The notes: generated from the sequence alone by a model not told the origin. A stretch of 14,478 nucleotides of DNA from Candidatus Iainarchaeum sp. (GCA_030649345.1 JAUSKK010000039.1:1-14478), one strand, 5' to 3'; shown: positions 5,869-13,942, numbered from the stretch's first letter. Translations and numbers: made by a program.

Positions 5869-6702
5869 ATGTATTGGGTGATTCATATAAGTGAATTTTT
5901 TGCCAGTTTTTTGATTGCTTTTCGTGAAATTTTTGAAATGGTTTTAATTGTTGGAATTATTCTAGTTTTTTTGGCTAAAACTGAACAAAAACAAATGTTT
6001 AAGTTTGTAGGCTATGGTGTTTTGGCTGGTTTGATTGGCAGTTTGTTGATTGCTGGTTTGCTTTCAGTTAGTTTGGAAAGCATTCGTAGTGTAGGCGAAG
6101 AACTGGTGGAAGGCTTGACTGCTTTGTTGGCTGCATGTGTTATTACGTATGTCGTGTTTTGGATTTCAAGAAATCAAAACATCAAGCAAGCCATTCATTC
6201 TAAAGTTCAAGAACATTTGGATAAAAAAGAATTTCAGCATCAAGCTTTGGGTTTGTTTGCTTTGAGTTTTTTTGCAGTCTTGCGTGAAGGATTTGAATTG
6301 GTTTTATTAATTTCTTTAACTACTGTGAATTCGTTTAATGCTGATACTTTGACTGCGATTGTTTTTGGAATTGGTTTGGCTTTAATTTTAGGTTATATTT
6401 TGTTTAAGACTGCTGTTCGATTGAATTTAAGTTTAGTATTCAAATTAACCACTATTTTTTTGGCTTTGTTTGCTGCCGGCTTAATTGTCACCGGTTTTCA
6501 TGAATTAAGTGAAGCTGGTGTTTTGCCTGAATTTGCGCCAGTGATTGATGTCAGTAATGTAATTAATGATAAAACTGATTTAGCTGGGCAAATGTTGAAT
6601 ACTGTTTTTGGTTTTCGAAGTAAATTAAATTGGCTGGAAATCTTGGGTTACTTTGGTTATCTTGGATTGGTTTGGTTTGGATACAAGACATTGAAAAAAT
6701 AA
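5869..6702 (+). CDS. FTR1/EfeU-family high-affinity iron permease
   Basis: 277 aa and polytopic, with two REXXE motifs in TM segments (FREIFEMVL and LREGFELVL). Confidence 0.85.
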   Translation: MYWVIHISEFFASFLIAFREIFEMVLIVGIILVFLAKTEQKQMFKFVGYGVLAGLIGSLLIAGLLSVSLESIRSVGEELVEGLTALLAACVITYVVFWISRNQNIKQAIHSKVQEHLDKKEFQHQALGLFALSFFAVLREGFELVLLISLTTVNSFNADTLTAIVFGIGLALILGYILFKTAVRLNLSLVFKLTTIFLALFAAGLIVTGFHELSEAGVLPEFAPVIDVSNVINDKTDLAGQMLNTVFGFRSKLNWLEILGYFGYLGLVWFGYKTLKK

Positions 6703-6752
6703 AAGCTAATTTTGACTTATATTATTTCACTAAAAAGCATTCAATGTCTTGT
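6683..6752. terminator. 13-bp perfect inverted repeat spanning the FTR1 stop, between convergent genes
   Basis: ACAAGACATTGAA (6683-6695) and TTCAATGTCTTGT (6740-6752) are exact reverse complements with a 44-nt spacer. Confidence 0.4.
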
Positions 6753-6789
6753 CAAAAAGTATGCAAAGAAATAAATCTGATTTTAGTTT

Positions 6790-7050
6790 TCATTTAAATG
6801 CAATAATTTGAAATCCATATTTTTCAATTTCTTTTTGGGTCCAAAATTTTAAGTCCTTGGTTTGAATGACATAGGTTACTTTTTTTTCAAGAATTCTTCC
6901 AGTGTATTTTTTTGTTTTAGGATCCCATTCTTTTAAAACTAAAGTATCTTTTGGACTGCATTTAAAATCAGCTAAACGTAACTCAAATGTTTTTTCTCCA
7001 GTTATAATTTTTTGAAAAAATTCTGGCCATACTTTTTTTTCAATCTTCAT
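6790..7050 (-). CDS. ASCH-fold / DUF3850-like small protein
   Basis: 86 aa. WPEFFQKIITGEKTFELRLADFKCSPKDTLVLKEW matches the DUF3850/ASCH N-terminal pattern (...G.KTFE.R.ND..f..GD). Confidence 0.7.
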   Translation of the reverse strand: MKIEKKVWPEFFQKIITGEKTFELRLADFKCSPKDTLVLKEWDPKTKKYTGRILEKKVTYVIQTKDLKFWTQKEIEKYGFQIIAFK

Positions 7051-7096
7051 GTTGAATCTTTTTTAGGAAGGGGGATCCGGAGGAACGTAGAACTGA

Positions 7097-7171
7097 GGGG
7101 GGACCTCACAAAACCAATAGGTTTTGTGGGCACAGAAAACTATTGTTTTCTGTTGAACCTTGGTTCCCCCC
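7097..7171 (-). ncRNA. Candidate structured RNA: 75-nt three-way junction immediately downstream of tRNA-Ser
   Basis: The closing stem is GGGGGGA (7097-7103) / TCCCCCC (7165-7171). Two perfect 9-bp hairpins lie at 7107-7128 and 7132-7153, each with a 4-nt loop. It is GC-rich relative to its surroundings. The strand is assigned from co-orientation with tRNA-Ser; the structure is strand-symmetric. Confidence 0.4.
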
Positions 7172-7178
7172 GCGGTTA

Positions 7179-7310
7179 CGCAGGGGACGAGATTTGAACT
7201 CGCGCATGCTTTCGCATAATAGCTTTCAGCACAAAACAATCCATTGTTTTTGAATTAAGGATTGTTGGGCATTAGCAGGCTATCGCGTTGGGCCGCTCCG
7301 CCACCCCTGC
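7179..7310 (-). tRNA. tRNA-Ser(GCU), class II, with an intron of about 48 nt (approx. 7225-7272); no encoded CCA
   Basis: The minus strand reads GCAGGGG-TG-GCGGAGCGGCCCAACGC-G-ATAGC-CTGCTA[intron]A-GCTAT-TATGCGAAAGCATGC-GCGAG-TTCAAAT-CTCGT-CCCCTGC-G. The acceptor is perfect, the variable arm is ATGC-GAAA-GCAT, and the discriminator is G73. Confidence 0.85.
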
Positions 7311-7340
7311 AGTTTGAGGCGTATAGAAAATAGTAAAGCG

Positions 7341-7360
7341 AATCTTTTATATATATCATT
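7341..7360. promoter_or_regulatory. A/T-rich TATA-like block between divergent tRNA-Ser and the 116-aa gene
   Basis: CTTTTATATATATCA lies about 20-30 nt upstream of the ATG at 7376 and about 35-45 nt upstream of the tRNA-Ser 5' end. Confidence 0.3.
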
Positions 7361-7375
7361 AATATAGTATTCTTT

Positions 7376-7726
7376 ATGCAAAAACCTTTGGCTAGAAGAG
7401 TATTAAAAAATGCACAAAAACCTAGGACTGGGCCTGCTTCAGCTCGTGGAAGAAATCGTTCCAAAAATAGGCTGGGTATTACTATGAAGGGTGCTCAAAG
7501 ATTGCTGCGTTTAATTGGAATTGATGCTGCGCATACAAAAGTTTTAGGGCCTGGAATTCGAGAAATTTTGGTTGCAGAAGTATTGGCTCAAAATGATTTT
7601 TTGTTAAAAAAAGGACATAATCGAACGCAAATTAGGGCATGGTCTCCGCATGATCGAAAATTGACTTTACGAAATTTAAGATATGGTTCTCCTTTTAAAG
7701 AAAAACCTAAACCTAAACGATTTTAA
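7376..7726 (+). CDS. Hypothetical basic protein, 116 aa, with uS13-like HhH segment
   Basis: The N-terminus reads ARRVLKNAQKPRTGPASARGRNRSKNR. LGITMKGAQRLLRLIGIDAAHTKV resembles the GIG...A..IL...GID helix-hairpin-helix of ribosomal protein uS13. The rest of uS13 is absent, so this is not the ribosomal protein. Confidence 0.55.
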   Translation: MQKPLARRVLKNAQKPRTGPASARGRNRSKNRLGITMKGAQRLLRLIGIDAAHTKVLGPGIREILVAEVLAQNDFLLKKGHNRTQIRAWSPHDRKLTLRNLRYGSPFKEKPKPKRF

Positions 7727-7748
7727 TTCATTTCATTAGTAATTTTGT

Positions 7749-8018
7749 ATGTCATCTGATTGCAGTAATTGTTCGTGTATTTGTCATCCTTCTTTAAAAC
7801 AAAAAACTGGATTGCTTGCATTAATTGTTTTTAGTTTGATTGCTGTTTTTGGAATTTTTTATTTAGAAACTGTTTTCAAAACAATTCAATTGGAATTGAA
7901 TATTTTTTGGATGCCCATTGTTCTAATTGGGTATATTTTAATTTTGGGTTGGATTGGAAAAAATACTGCCAAAACTTGTGCTTGTTATGAAACTGGAAAT
8001 ACTGTGTTTGAGCGCTAA
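7749..8018 (+). CDS. Small Cys-rich membrane protein, 89 aa
   Basis: It has an N-terminal CSNCSCICH, two hydrophobic segments, and a C-terminal CAC. It lies 50 nt upstream of taw1 on the same strand. Confidence 0.5.
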   Translation: MSSDCSNCSCICHPSLKQKTGLLALIVFSLIAVFGIFYLETVFKTIQLELNIFWMPIVLIGYILILGWIGKNTAKTCACYETGNTVFER

Positions 8019-8068
8019 AATTTAGAAAAACACCCTATTTTTAAGCTTTCTAGAAGGATAGTATTAGT

Positions 8069-9124
8069 ATGCTTAATGTAAAAGATGAATTAATTGTAGT
8101 TGAAGAACAAAACCAATTAGACCGAAAAGATATGCTGACAGTCATCCAGGAAGCTGGCGGTTGTGATGGGCCAATTGAAACAGTTCAAACAAGTACTGGC
8201 ACACAGCAAATTATGTTACCAGACTGGAAACGTAAAAGGTTAGAAAACCAACAATATAGGCTGGTGGGCAATCATAGTGCTGTAAAAATTTGCCATTGGT
8301 GTAAAGCTGCTGTTCGAGGAAACCAAGGCTGTTACAAAGATACTTTTTATGGAGTGGAAACAGACAAATGTTTGGAAATGAGTCCTGCCATTACTTGCAA
8401 TAAAAGATGTTTGCATTGTTGGAGAGATACTACTGTTTTTTCTCGCGGCTGGATTGGGGTTGTAGATGATCCTAAATTTATTGTAGAAGGCTGTATTGAA
8501 GAAAGAAGAAAATTATTAATGGGTTTTAAAGGAAATCCTGCAGTCAATAAAGAACAATTTGAAGACTTATTGAAGCCAACACATGCGGCAATTTCTTTGA
8601 CTGGAGAGCCTTGCATGTATCCTAGACTGCCGGAAATGATTGACGAATTTTTTGAACATGATTTCAAGACAGTTTTTTTGGTTACTTCTGGAACTGTTCC
8701 TGAAAGATTGCGTGAATTAAATCAATTGCCAACCAATTTATATATTTCCAATGAAGCGTACACCAAAGAAATGTACAAGCAATTGTGTTTGCCTGTGATT
8801 GAAAATGCGTGGGAAAATTATTTAGAATCTTTAGACATTATGCGAACCATGGATACTAGAACAGTCATGCGCATTACTTGTATGCAGGGCAAAAATATGG
8901 ATAACCCTCAAGGGTTTCTGCATTTAATTGACCGAGGACAACCCAAGTATATTGAATGCAAAAGTTACATGCATGTAGGATATTCAAGAGAACGTTTGAG
9001 TGAAAAAAATATGCCTGCTCATAAAGATATTGAATTGTTTTCCAAAGAAATTGAAGCGAATTCTAATTATAAAATAGTGGATGAGCGGGAAGACAGTAGA
9101 ATCTTTTTATTAAAAAGAAGTTAA
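8069..9124 (+). CDS. taw1: Archaeal 4-demethylwyosine synthase (Taw1 / TYW1 homolog), radical SAM
   Basis: HSAVKICHWCK is followed by the radical-SAM cluster motif CNKRCLHCW (CxxxCxxC), ISLTGEPCMYP, and the C-terminal ECKSYMHVG typical of the TYW1 family. There is no flavodoxin domain, as in archaea. Confidence 0.88.
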   Translation: MLNVKDELIVVEEQNQLDRKDMLTVIQEAGGCDGPIETVQTSTGTQQIMLPDWKRKRLENQQYRLVGNHSAVKICHWCKAAVRGNQGCYKDTFYGVETDKCLEMSPAITCNKRCLHCWRDTTVFSRGWIGVVDDPKFIVEGCIEERRKLLMGFKGNPAVNKEQFEDLLKPTHAAISLTGEPCMYPRLPEMIDEFFEHDFKTVFLVTSGTVPERLRELNQLPTNLYISNEAYTKEMYKQLCLPVIENAWENYLESLDIMRTMDTRTVMRITCMQGKNMDNPQGFLHLIDRGQPKYIECKSYMHVGYSRERLSEKNMPAHKDIELFSKEIEANSNYKIVDEREDSRIFLLKRS

Positions 9125-9151
9125 ATTGTTTTAAATATTTTTTAAACTAGT

Positions 9152-9784
9152 TTAATTTGTTTTTTTCTTGGTTCTGGTTAAAAAGCTTAAGTCTGGAACC
9201 ATGGTTTTGAATTCTTCATTAAACCATTCTGAAAACTTGCGGGCTGCTTGTCCGCGGTGAGAAATTTCGTGTTTTTGTTCTCTAGTTAAAAAACATAAAA
9301 TTTTATCTGGAACTTTATTGGGTTTAAAGATTCGTTCGTATGGCATTACATTTTCGCTGATTCCATGAACTTCTTCGGTTACTGTTCCTTTCATGAGTCC
9401 TGTGAAAATTCTGTGTTGTTTAGCGTCCATGTAGCAAATGGATGTTTTAAAGAAAGCTTCTCTGGATTTGCCTTCTATTAATTTAAATAATCCTTCATAG
9501 CCTAAAGTTTGGAAAATTCGTTTGGCCAATAAGCCTGGAAAATTATTGTAAGCTTGAAAATATACTCCAGTGTCTTCAGTTAAGACTGGTTTTTGCAATT
9601 GTTTGAATGCTTGAATGGCTTTGGTTTTTACAATGTCTTCAATGTTTTCTGTTTCTGGTTCAGTTAATTCCATTTTTTTGTGTTCTACTTTAATATTGTA
9701 TTTGGATAAAATAGCGTGAATTTCTTGAAACTTGTGTACATTGGATGAAACAAAATAAATAGTTGGAACTGGAGGTTTTTTCAT
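9152..9784 (-). CDS. HAM1/RdgB-family non-canonical purine NTP pyrophosphatase (divergent)
   Basis: IYFVSSNVHKFQEI, TEDTGVYF, and the C-terminal EQKHEISHRGQAARKF match the family layout (TgN..K..E, .DDSGL, EK..iSHR..A). Confidence 0.75.
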   Translation of the reverse strand: MKKPPVPTIYFVSSNVHKFQEIHAILSKYNIKVEHKKMELTEPETENIEDIVKTKAIQAFKQLQKPVLTEDTGVYFQAYNNFPGLLAKRIFQTLGYEGLFKLIEGKSREAFFKTSICYMDAKQHRIFTGLMKGTVTEEVHGISENVMPYERIFKPNKVPDKILCFLTREQKHEISHRGQAARKFSEWFNEEFKTMVPDLSFLTRTKKKTN

Positions 9785-9904
9785 ACAACTATTATGGGCA
9801 GAAAACCTTTTAATACCGAAATTCGTAAATTAATTCATAGATTTGCATGAAATCACCAGATTGCGAGTTTATTGCTCAAGAATACTGTATTTGCAAGGAA
9901 TTTT

Positions 9905-12544
9905 ATGAATGGGTGTGCTCAAACAATTCAAGAAGTTTTCAAGCAGTTAAATTCAAGCGAACACGGATTAACTGAAACAGAAGTTCAGGAACGTTTGCAT
10001 AAATTTGGTTTAAATAAACTGGAAACTCAAAAGAAAGTTTCTGCAGTCACTATTTTTTTGAAACAATTTCAGAATTTTTTAGTTATCATTCTGATTTTAG
10101 CTGGTTTTGTTTCTTTGGGAATTAGTTTTCTGCCGAACCAAGAAGAAAGTTTTATTGATGCAATTTTGATTTTTTTAATTATTTTTGCCAATGCAATCTT
10201 TGGCTTTATGCAAGATTATAAAGCAGAAAAAAGCATTGAGGCATTAAAAAAATTATCCATGCCGCGCACTTGGGTTATCCGAAATGGATTGGAAAAACAA
10301 ATTTCAATCGAATATCTTGTTCCAGGAGATATTGTTTTACTGAAAGAAGGAGACAAAATTCCAGCAGATTTGAGATTATTGGAAAGTGTAAACTTGACAT
10401 TGGATGAAAGTTCTTTAACTGGAGAAAGTTTGCCGGTTGAAAAAGAAATTAAAGAGTTAGAAGAAAATACTGTTTTAGCTGAACGAAAAAATATGGCTTA
10501 CATGAGCACAGCTTGTGTTCGCGGAAAAGGAAAAGGAATTGTAATTGAAACTGGAATGAAAACAGAACTTGGAAAAATTGCAGCAGAATTATTAAAAATA
10601 CACGAAAAACAAACCTTGTTTGATTTAGAAATAGAACATTTAGCTCAAAAAATTGGGTTCGGAGTATTGCTGGTAATTTTGATTGTTGCTTTGACTGAAA
10701 TTTTTTTGCACCAAAGTGATTTTTTAACAGTATTCTTAATTTCCGTTAGCTTGGCTGTAGCTGCCATTCCTGAAGGTTTGCCGGCTGTAGTTACTTTGTC
10801 TTTGGCTTTAGGCGTAAACAAGATGAGCAAACAAAATGCATTGATGCGCAGGTTAAGCACTGTAGAAAGTTTGGGCAGCATTAATGTAATTTGCACAGAT
10901 AAAACTGGAACTTTAACTGAAAATTCCATGACTGTGGTTCAGATATTTGCAAACCAGCAAGTAATTCAAGTTACTGGCTCTGGGCTAAGTGTGGAAGGAA
11001 AATTTTCTCAAAATGTTTCAGAAATGAGTTTATTATTGAAAGCTGGAGTTTTATGCAATGATGCGCATAGAATACGCGAAGATGGCACGTATTCTTTTGC
11101 AGGAGATCCTACTGAAATTGCTGTATTAATTCCAGCCTATAAAGCTCAATTGGATATTGTTCAAGTACGAACAGAGTTCAAGCGAATTGGCGAAATTGCT
11201 TTTTCATCTAATCGAAAATGTATGACAACCATTCATCAAAACGAAAAACAAATTATTGTGTTTTCTAAAGGGGCGCCAGAAATTGTGTTAAACAAATGTA
11301 ATTATTTTTGGATGAATGGACAAAAAATGGAATTAACTTCAGAAAAACGAACTAAATTTTTAGAACAAAATAATCTGCTGGCTCAGCAGGCTTTACGTGT
11401 TTTGGGTTTTGCGTTTAAAGAAAATCCAGAAAGTTTAACTGAAAAAGGTGTGGAGTCTGATTTAATTTTTTTAGGTTTAATGGGTATGATGGATCCTCCG
11501 AGAGCTGGAGTTAAACAAGCTATTGCAGATTGTAGAACTGCAGGCATTCGAGTGATTATGATTACTGGAGATAATGCTTTGACTGGAAAGGCAGTAGGGC
11601 ATGAGTTGGGGTTTTCTGGAAGCGTAATTCAAGGCTCAGATTTAGATGGTTTAAGTCAAGAAGAAGTGTGCAAGCTGGTTGAAGATGCCAGTATTTTTGC
11701 TAGAACTAGCCCGGAACATAAAGTAAAAATTTTGCTTGCATTGAAGCAAAATGGCCATAGTGTAGCTATGACTGGGGATGGGGTGAATGATGCGCCTGCT
11801 TTGAAAAACAGTGATGTGGGTATTTCGATGGGTATTCGAGGCACGGATGTAGCTAAAGAAACCAGTGACATGATTTTATTGGATGACAATTTTGTAACCA
11901 TTCGAAATGCCATAGAACAAGGCCGGGGAATTTTTGAAAATATTCGGAAATTTGTAGCTTATTTATTGGGTGCCAATTCGGCTGAAGTTATGGTTGTGTT
12001 TTTCGGAAGCTTACTAGGTTTGGGTTTGCCTTTGACTGCCATTCAATTGTTATGGATTAATCTTTTGACGGATGGAGTGCCTGCGCTTGCTTTGGGTTTA
12101 GATCCTGTGCCGCGAGATGTAATGAAACAAAAGCCGAGAAAAAAAGAAGAAAAAATTATTAATCAAAGAATGGTTTATTTTATTTTAACTTTAGGCATTA
12201 GTGCTACAGTTATTTTGCTTTATTTGTTTAGTTTATACAATCCTGCGGAAAATTTAGTTAAAGCTCAGACTGTAGTGTTTACTGGGTTTGTGGTATTTGA
12301 ATTAATTAAAGTATTTTTGGTTCGAAATTTTTATTCCACCAAACAATTTTCTAACAAATGGCTGTTTTTGGCTGTAGGATTTTCGTTGATTTTACAAGTA
12401 TTGGTTTTATTTTCTCCTTTAAAAGAATTTTTTAAATTACCCACTTTAACAGTTGCTGATTTAAGCATTATTGGATTGGCTGGTTTGGTGTTTGCTGTGC
12501 TTGTGTTGGGATTTATTAAATTAGAAAAAAGAATTCTAAAATAA
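9905..12544 (+). CDS. P-type ATPase, P2 (Ca2+/cation-transporting, SERCA/PMCA-like)
   Basis: Motifs present: TGESLPVEK, ICTDKTGTLTEN, MITGDN, GDGVNDAPALK, and the TM4 motif IPEGLPAVVT. The ATG at 9905 (MNGCAQTIQEVFKQLNSSEHGLTETEVQERL) is preferred over the TTG at 9872 because it matches the usual N-terminal layout. Confidence 0.9.
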   Translation: MNGCAQTIQEVFKQLNSSEHGLTETEVQERLHKFGLNKLETQKKVSAVTIFLKQFQNFLVIILILAGFVSLGISFLPNQEESFIDAILIFLIIFANAIFGFMQDYKAEKSIEALKKLSMPRTWVIRNGLEKQISIEYLVPGDIVLLKEGDKIPADLRLLESVNLTLDESSLTGESLPVEKEIKELEENTVLAERKNMAYMSTACVRGKGKGIVIETGMKTELGKIAAELLKIHEKQTLFDLEIEHLAQKIGFGVLLVILIVALTEIFLHQSDFLTVFLISVSLAVAAIPEGLPAVVTLSLALGVNKMSKQNALMRRLSTVESLGSINVICTDKTGTLTENSMTVVQIFANQQVIQVTGSGLSVEGKFSQNVSEMSLLLKAGVLCNDAHRIREDGTYSFAGDPTEIAVLIPAYKAQLDIVQVRTEFKRIGEIAFSSNRKCMTTIHQNEKQIIVFSKGAPEIVLNKCNYFWMNGQKMELTSEKRTKFLEQNNLLAQQALRVLGFAFKENPESLTEKGVESDLIFLGLMGMMDPPRAGVKQAIADCRTAGIRVIMITGDNALTGKAVGHELGFSGSVIQGSDLDGLSQEEVCKLVEDASIFARTSPEHKVKILLALKQNGHSVAMTGDGVNDAPALKNSDVGISMGIRGTDVAKETSDMILLDDNFVTIRNAIEQGRGIFENIRKFVAYLLGANSAEVMVVFFGSLLGLGLPLTAIQLLWINLLTDGVPALALGLDPVPRDVMKQKPRKKEEKIINQRMVYFILTLGISATVILLYLFSLYNPAENLVKAQTVVFTGFVVFELIKVFLVRNFYSTKQFSNKWLFLAVGFSLILQVLVLFSPLKEFFKLPTLTVADLSIIGLAGLVFAVLVLGFIKLEKRILK

Positions 12545-13936
12545 TTATTTTTTGGATTCCAGTTCAGGAATTAACGGAATTCCTTGGCGCATTCTTTTTT
12601 TGCATTCTTGATTAATTAATTCAGTTAATTCAATTCTTTTTTTTCGAAGCTTTTTAGTGTATTGGTAAATGTCAGTGAGTTTAATGGTGTCTGTGCCTAT
12701 GTGTCTATCTGGGTGGAGTCTTAATACTTCATTTCGTAGTTCAGTGATTTCTTGAAGTAATCTAGCTTGCTGTAAACGAAAAGTTTGATTCATTATTCGA
12801 AAATTGACTCTGAATCCTTTGGCTTGAACCCATTCTGGTTCTTTTTCCTGCAAACTTTGAGCCCATTTTGGAAGCAATGCTTTAGGCACAAAAGGTTTTG
12901 GTGCAACTTCAACAGGCATTCTTTTTAATTTCTTTTTTGCCAGCCAATCGTCAGCTATTCTGCGTTCTTTTTCTTCTCTTAAAAGTTTCCTTTCTTTTTC
13001 ACTGACAAATTTTTCTCTTTTTTCTTCTCTTTGAACATCAGCTTTCTTTTGTTTGCGTTCTGCTTGTTCTGCTCGTCGCTGCAATTCTTGTTTTCCTTTT
13101 TCTGCAGCTATTCGTTCAATTTGCTGATGTTGACGTTTAATGGCTTGAGTAAATTGATCTGAGCCTAATGTTCTCATTTCAGGCTCAAATGTAGATACTA
13201 GTTCAGTTAATTGCTCAATAGATCGGGCCCAATTAATTTGTCTTAACAAAAAACGTGTACGTATTCGATTGGTTCGTTGTTGTTCTGCTTGTTTTCTTTT
13301 CAGTTCTATTTCATTCAATCTTTGCCGTTCTGCTTGTTCAACTTTTTGCCGTTTACTTGCTCTTTTTTCGTCCATCAAAGCTTTTTTTTCATTTTTCCGT
13401 TCTTCGGCATGTTCTCTTTTTTTACGTCTTATTTCTTTTACAACAGCATCTTGTTTAACTTTTTCTTTTTCTTTTCGGTATTTTAAACCAGTTTCAATTT
13501 CATTAACCAATTGAATTGCGTCATCCAATGTCGTAACTAGCTTTCGTGCTTTTCGAATTAATTGTCGAGTAAATTTTTTTCCAAATTGTACATTGGCATG
13601 ATTTACAATCCACAATCGTTCTTCGGGTAAAAATCTTCCGAGTTCTCGAAAATTAATACTCGGCCATTTTGTTTTATTTCGCTCAGTCAGCAATCTAGAC
13701 ACAGAAATTGCACGAGCTATTTTTTCCAGTTCTTTTTTTCGATCTAAAGGCAATTGATTGGCTTTTAATGCCAATTTTTTTCGAATTTGATGTGCAAAAT
13801 CAATATCACGTACATCTAGTTTGCTTAACTTTGCCCGATTTGCAATTTCCGTAAAATTGGCGGCAGTTAAACGCAATGCTTTTTGCACAAAACGTTCTCG
13901 GACATTGATGGATTTACTTCGAACAAATCGTTTCAT
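12545..13936 (-). CDS. Hypothetical protein, 463 aa, with two long Lys/Glu/Arg-rich helical tracts
   Basis: Long ORF. The tracts run KYRKEKEKVKQDAVVKEIRRKKREHAEERKNEKK... and ...AEQAERKQKKADVQREEKREKFVSEKERKLLREEKERR. The stop abuts the stop of the convergent ATPase gene. Confidence 0.7.
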   Translation of the reverse strand: MKRFVRSKSINVRERFVQKALRLTAANFTEIANRAKLSKLDVRDIDFAHQIRKKLALKANQLPLDRKKELEKIARAISVSRLLTERNKTKWPSINFRELGRFLPEERLWIVNHANVQFGKKFTRQLIRKARKLVTTLDDAIQLVNEIETGLKYRKEKEKVKQDAVVKEIRRKKREHAEERKNEKKALMDEKRASKRQKVEQAERQRLNEIELKRKQAEQQRTNRIRTRFLLRQINWARSIEQLTELVSTFEPEMRTLGSDQFTQAIKRQHQQIERIAAEKGKQELQRRAEQAERKQKKADVQREEKREKFVSEKERKLLREEKERRIADDWLAKKKLKRMPVEVAPKPFVPKALLPKWAQSLQEKEPEWVQAKGFRVNFRIMNQTFRLQQARLLQEITELRNEVLRLHPDRHIGTDTIKLTDIYQYTKKLRKKRIELTELINQECKKRMRQGIPLIPELESKK

Positions 13937-13942
13937 GGAAAT

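Noticed and set aside
7051-7178. A third tRNA gene, possibly with non-canonical introns, downstream of tRNA-Ser
   Set aside because: I tried both strands and removal of either hairpin as an intron. No T-loop (TTCRA), D-arm or 7-nt anticodon loop can be assembled. It was kept as an unclassified structured element.
7012-7464. ORFs 7012..7197 (+) and 7255..7464 (-)
   Set aside because: They run through the structured element, tRNA-Ser and the promoter spacer. Neither has coding-like composition or a plausible start context.
9872-9904. TTG start at 9872 for the P-type ATPase
   Set aside because: The in-frame ATG at 9905 gives the family-typical N-terminus (..QEVFKQLNSSEHGLTETEVQERL). The 11 extra residues have no support, though this cannot be excluded without alignment.
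8347-11913. Minus-strand ORFs 8347..8667, 10645..10929 and 11656..11913
   Set aside because: They lie antisense inside taw1 and the P-type ATPase, both of which have unambiguous conserved motifs in the plus frame.
13255-13514. Three overlapping plus-strand ORFs (67, 81 and 69 aa), Phe/Leu/Ser/Cys-rich
   Set aside because: They are antisense shadows of the AAG/GAA/AGA-rich K/E/R tract of the 463-aa minus-strand gene. Their T-rich low complexity produces stop-free frames.
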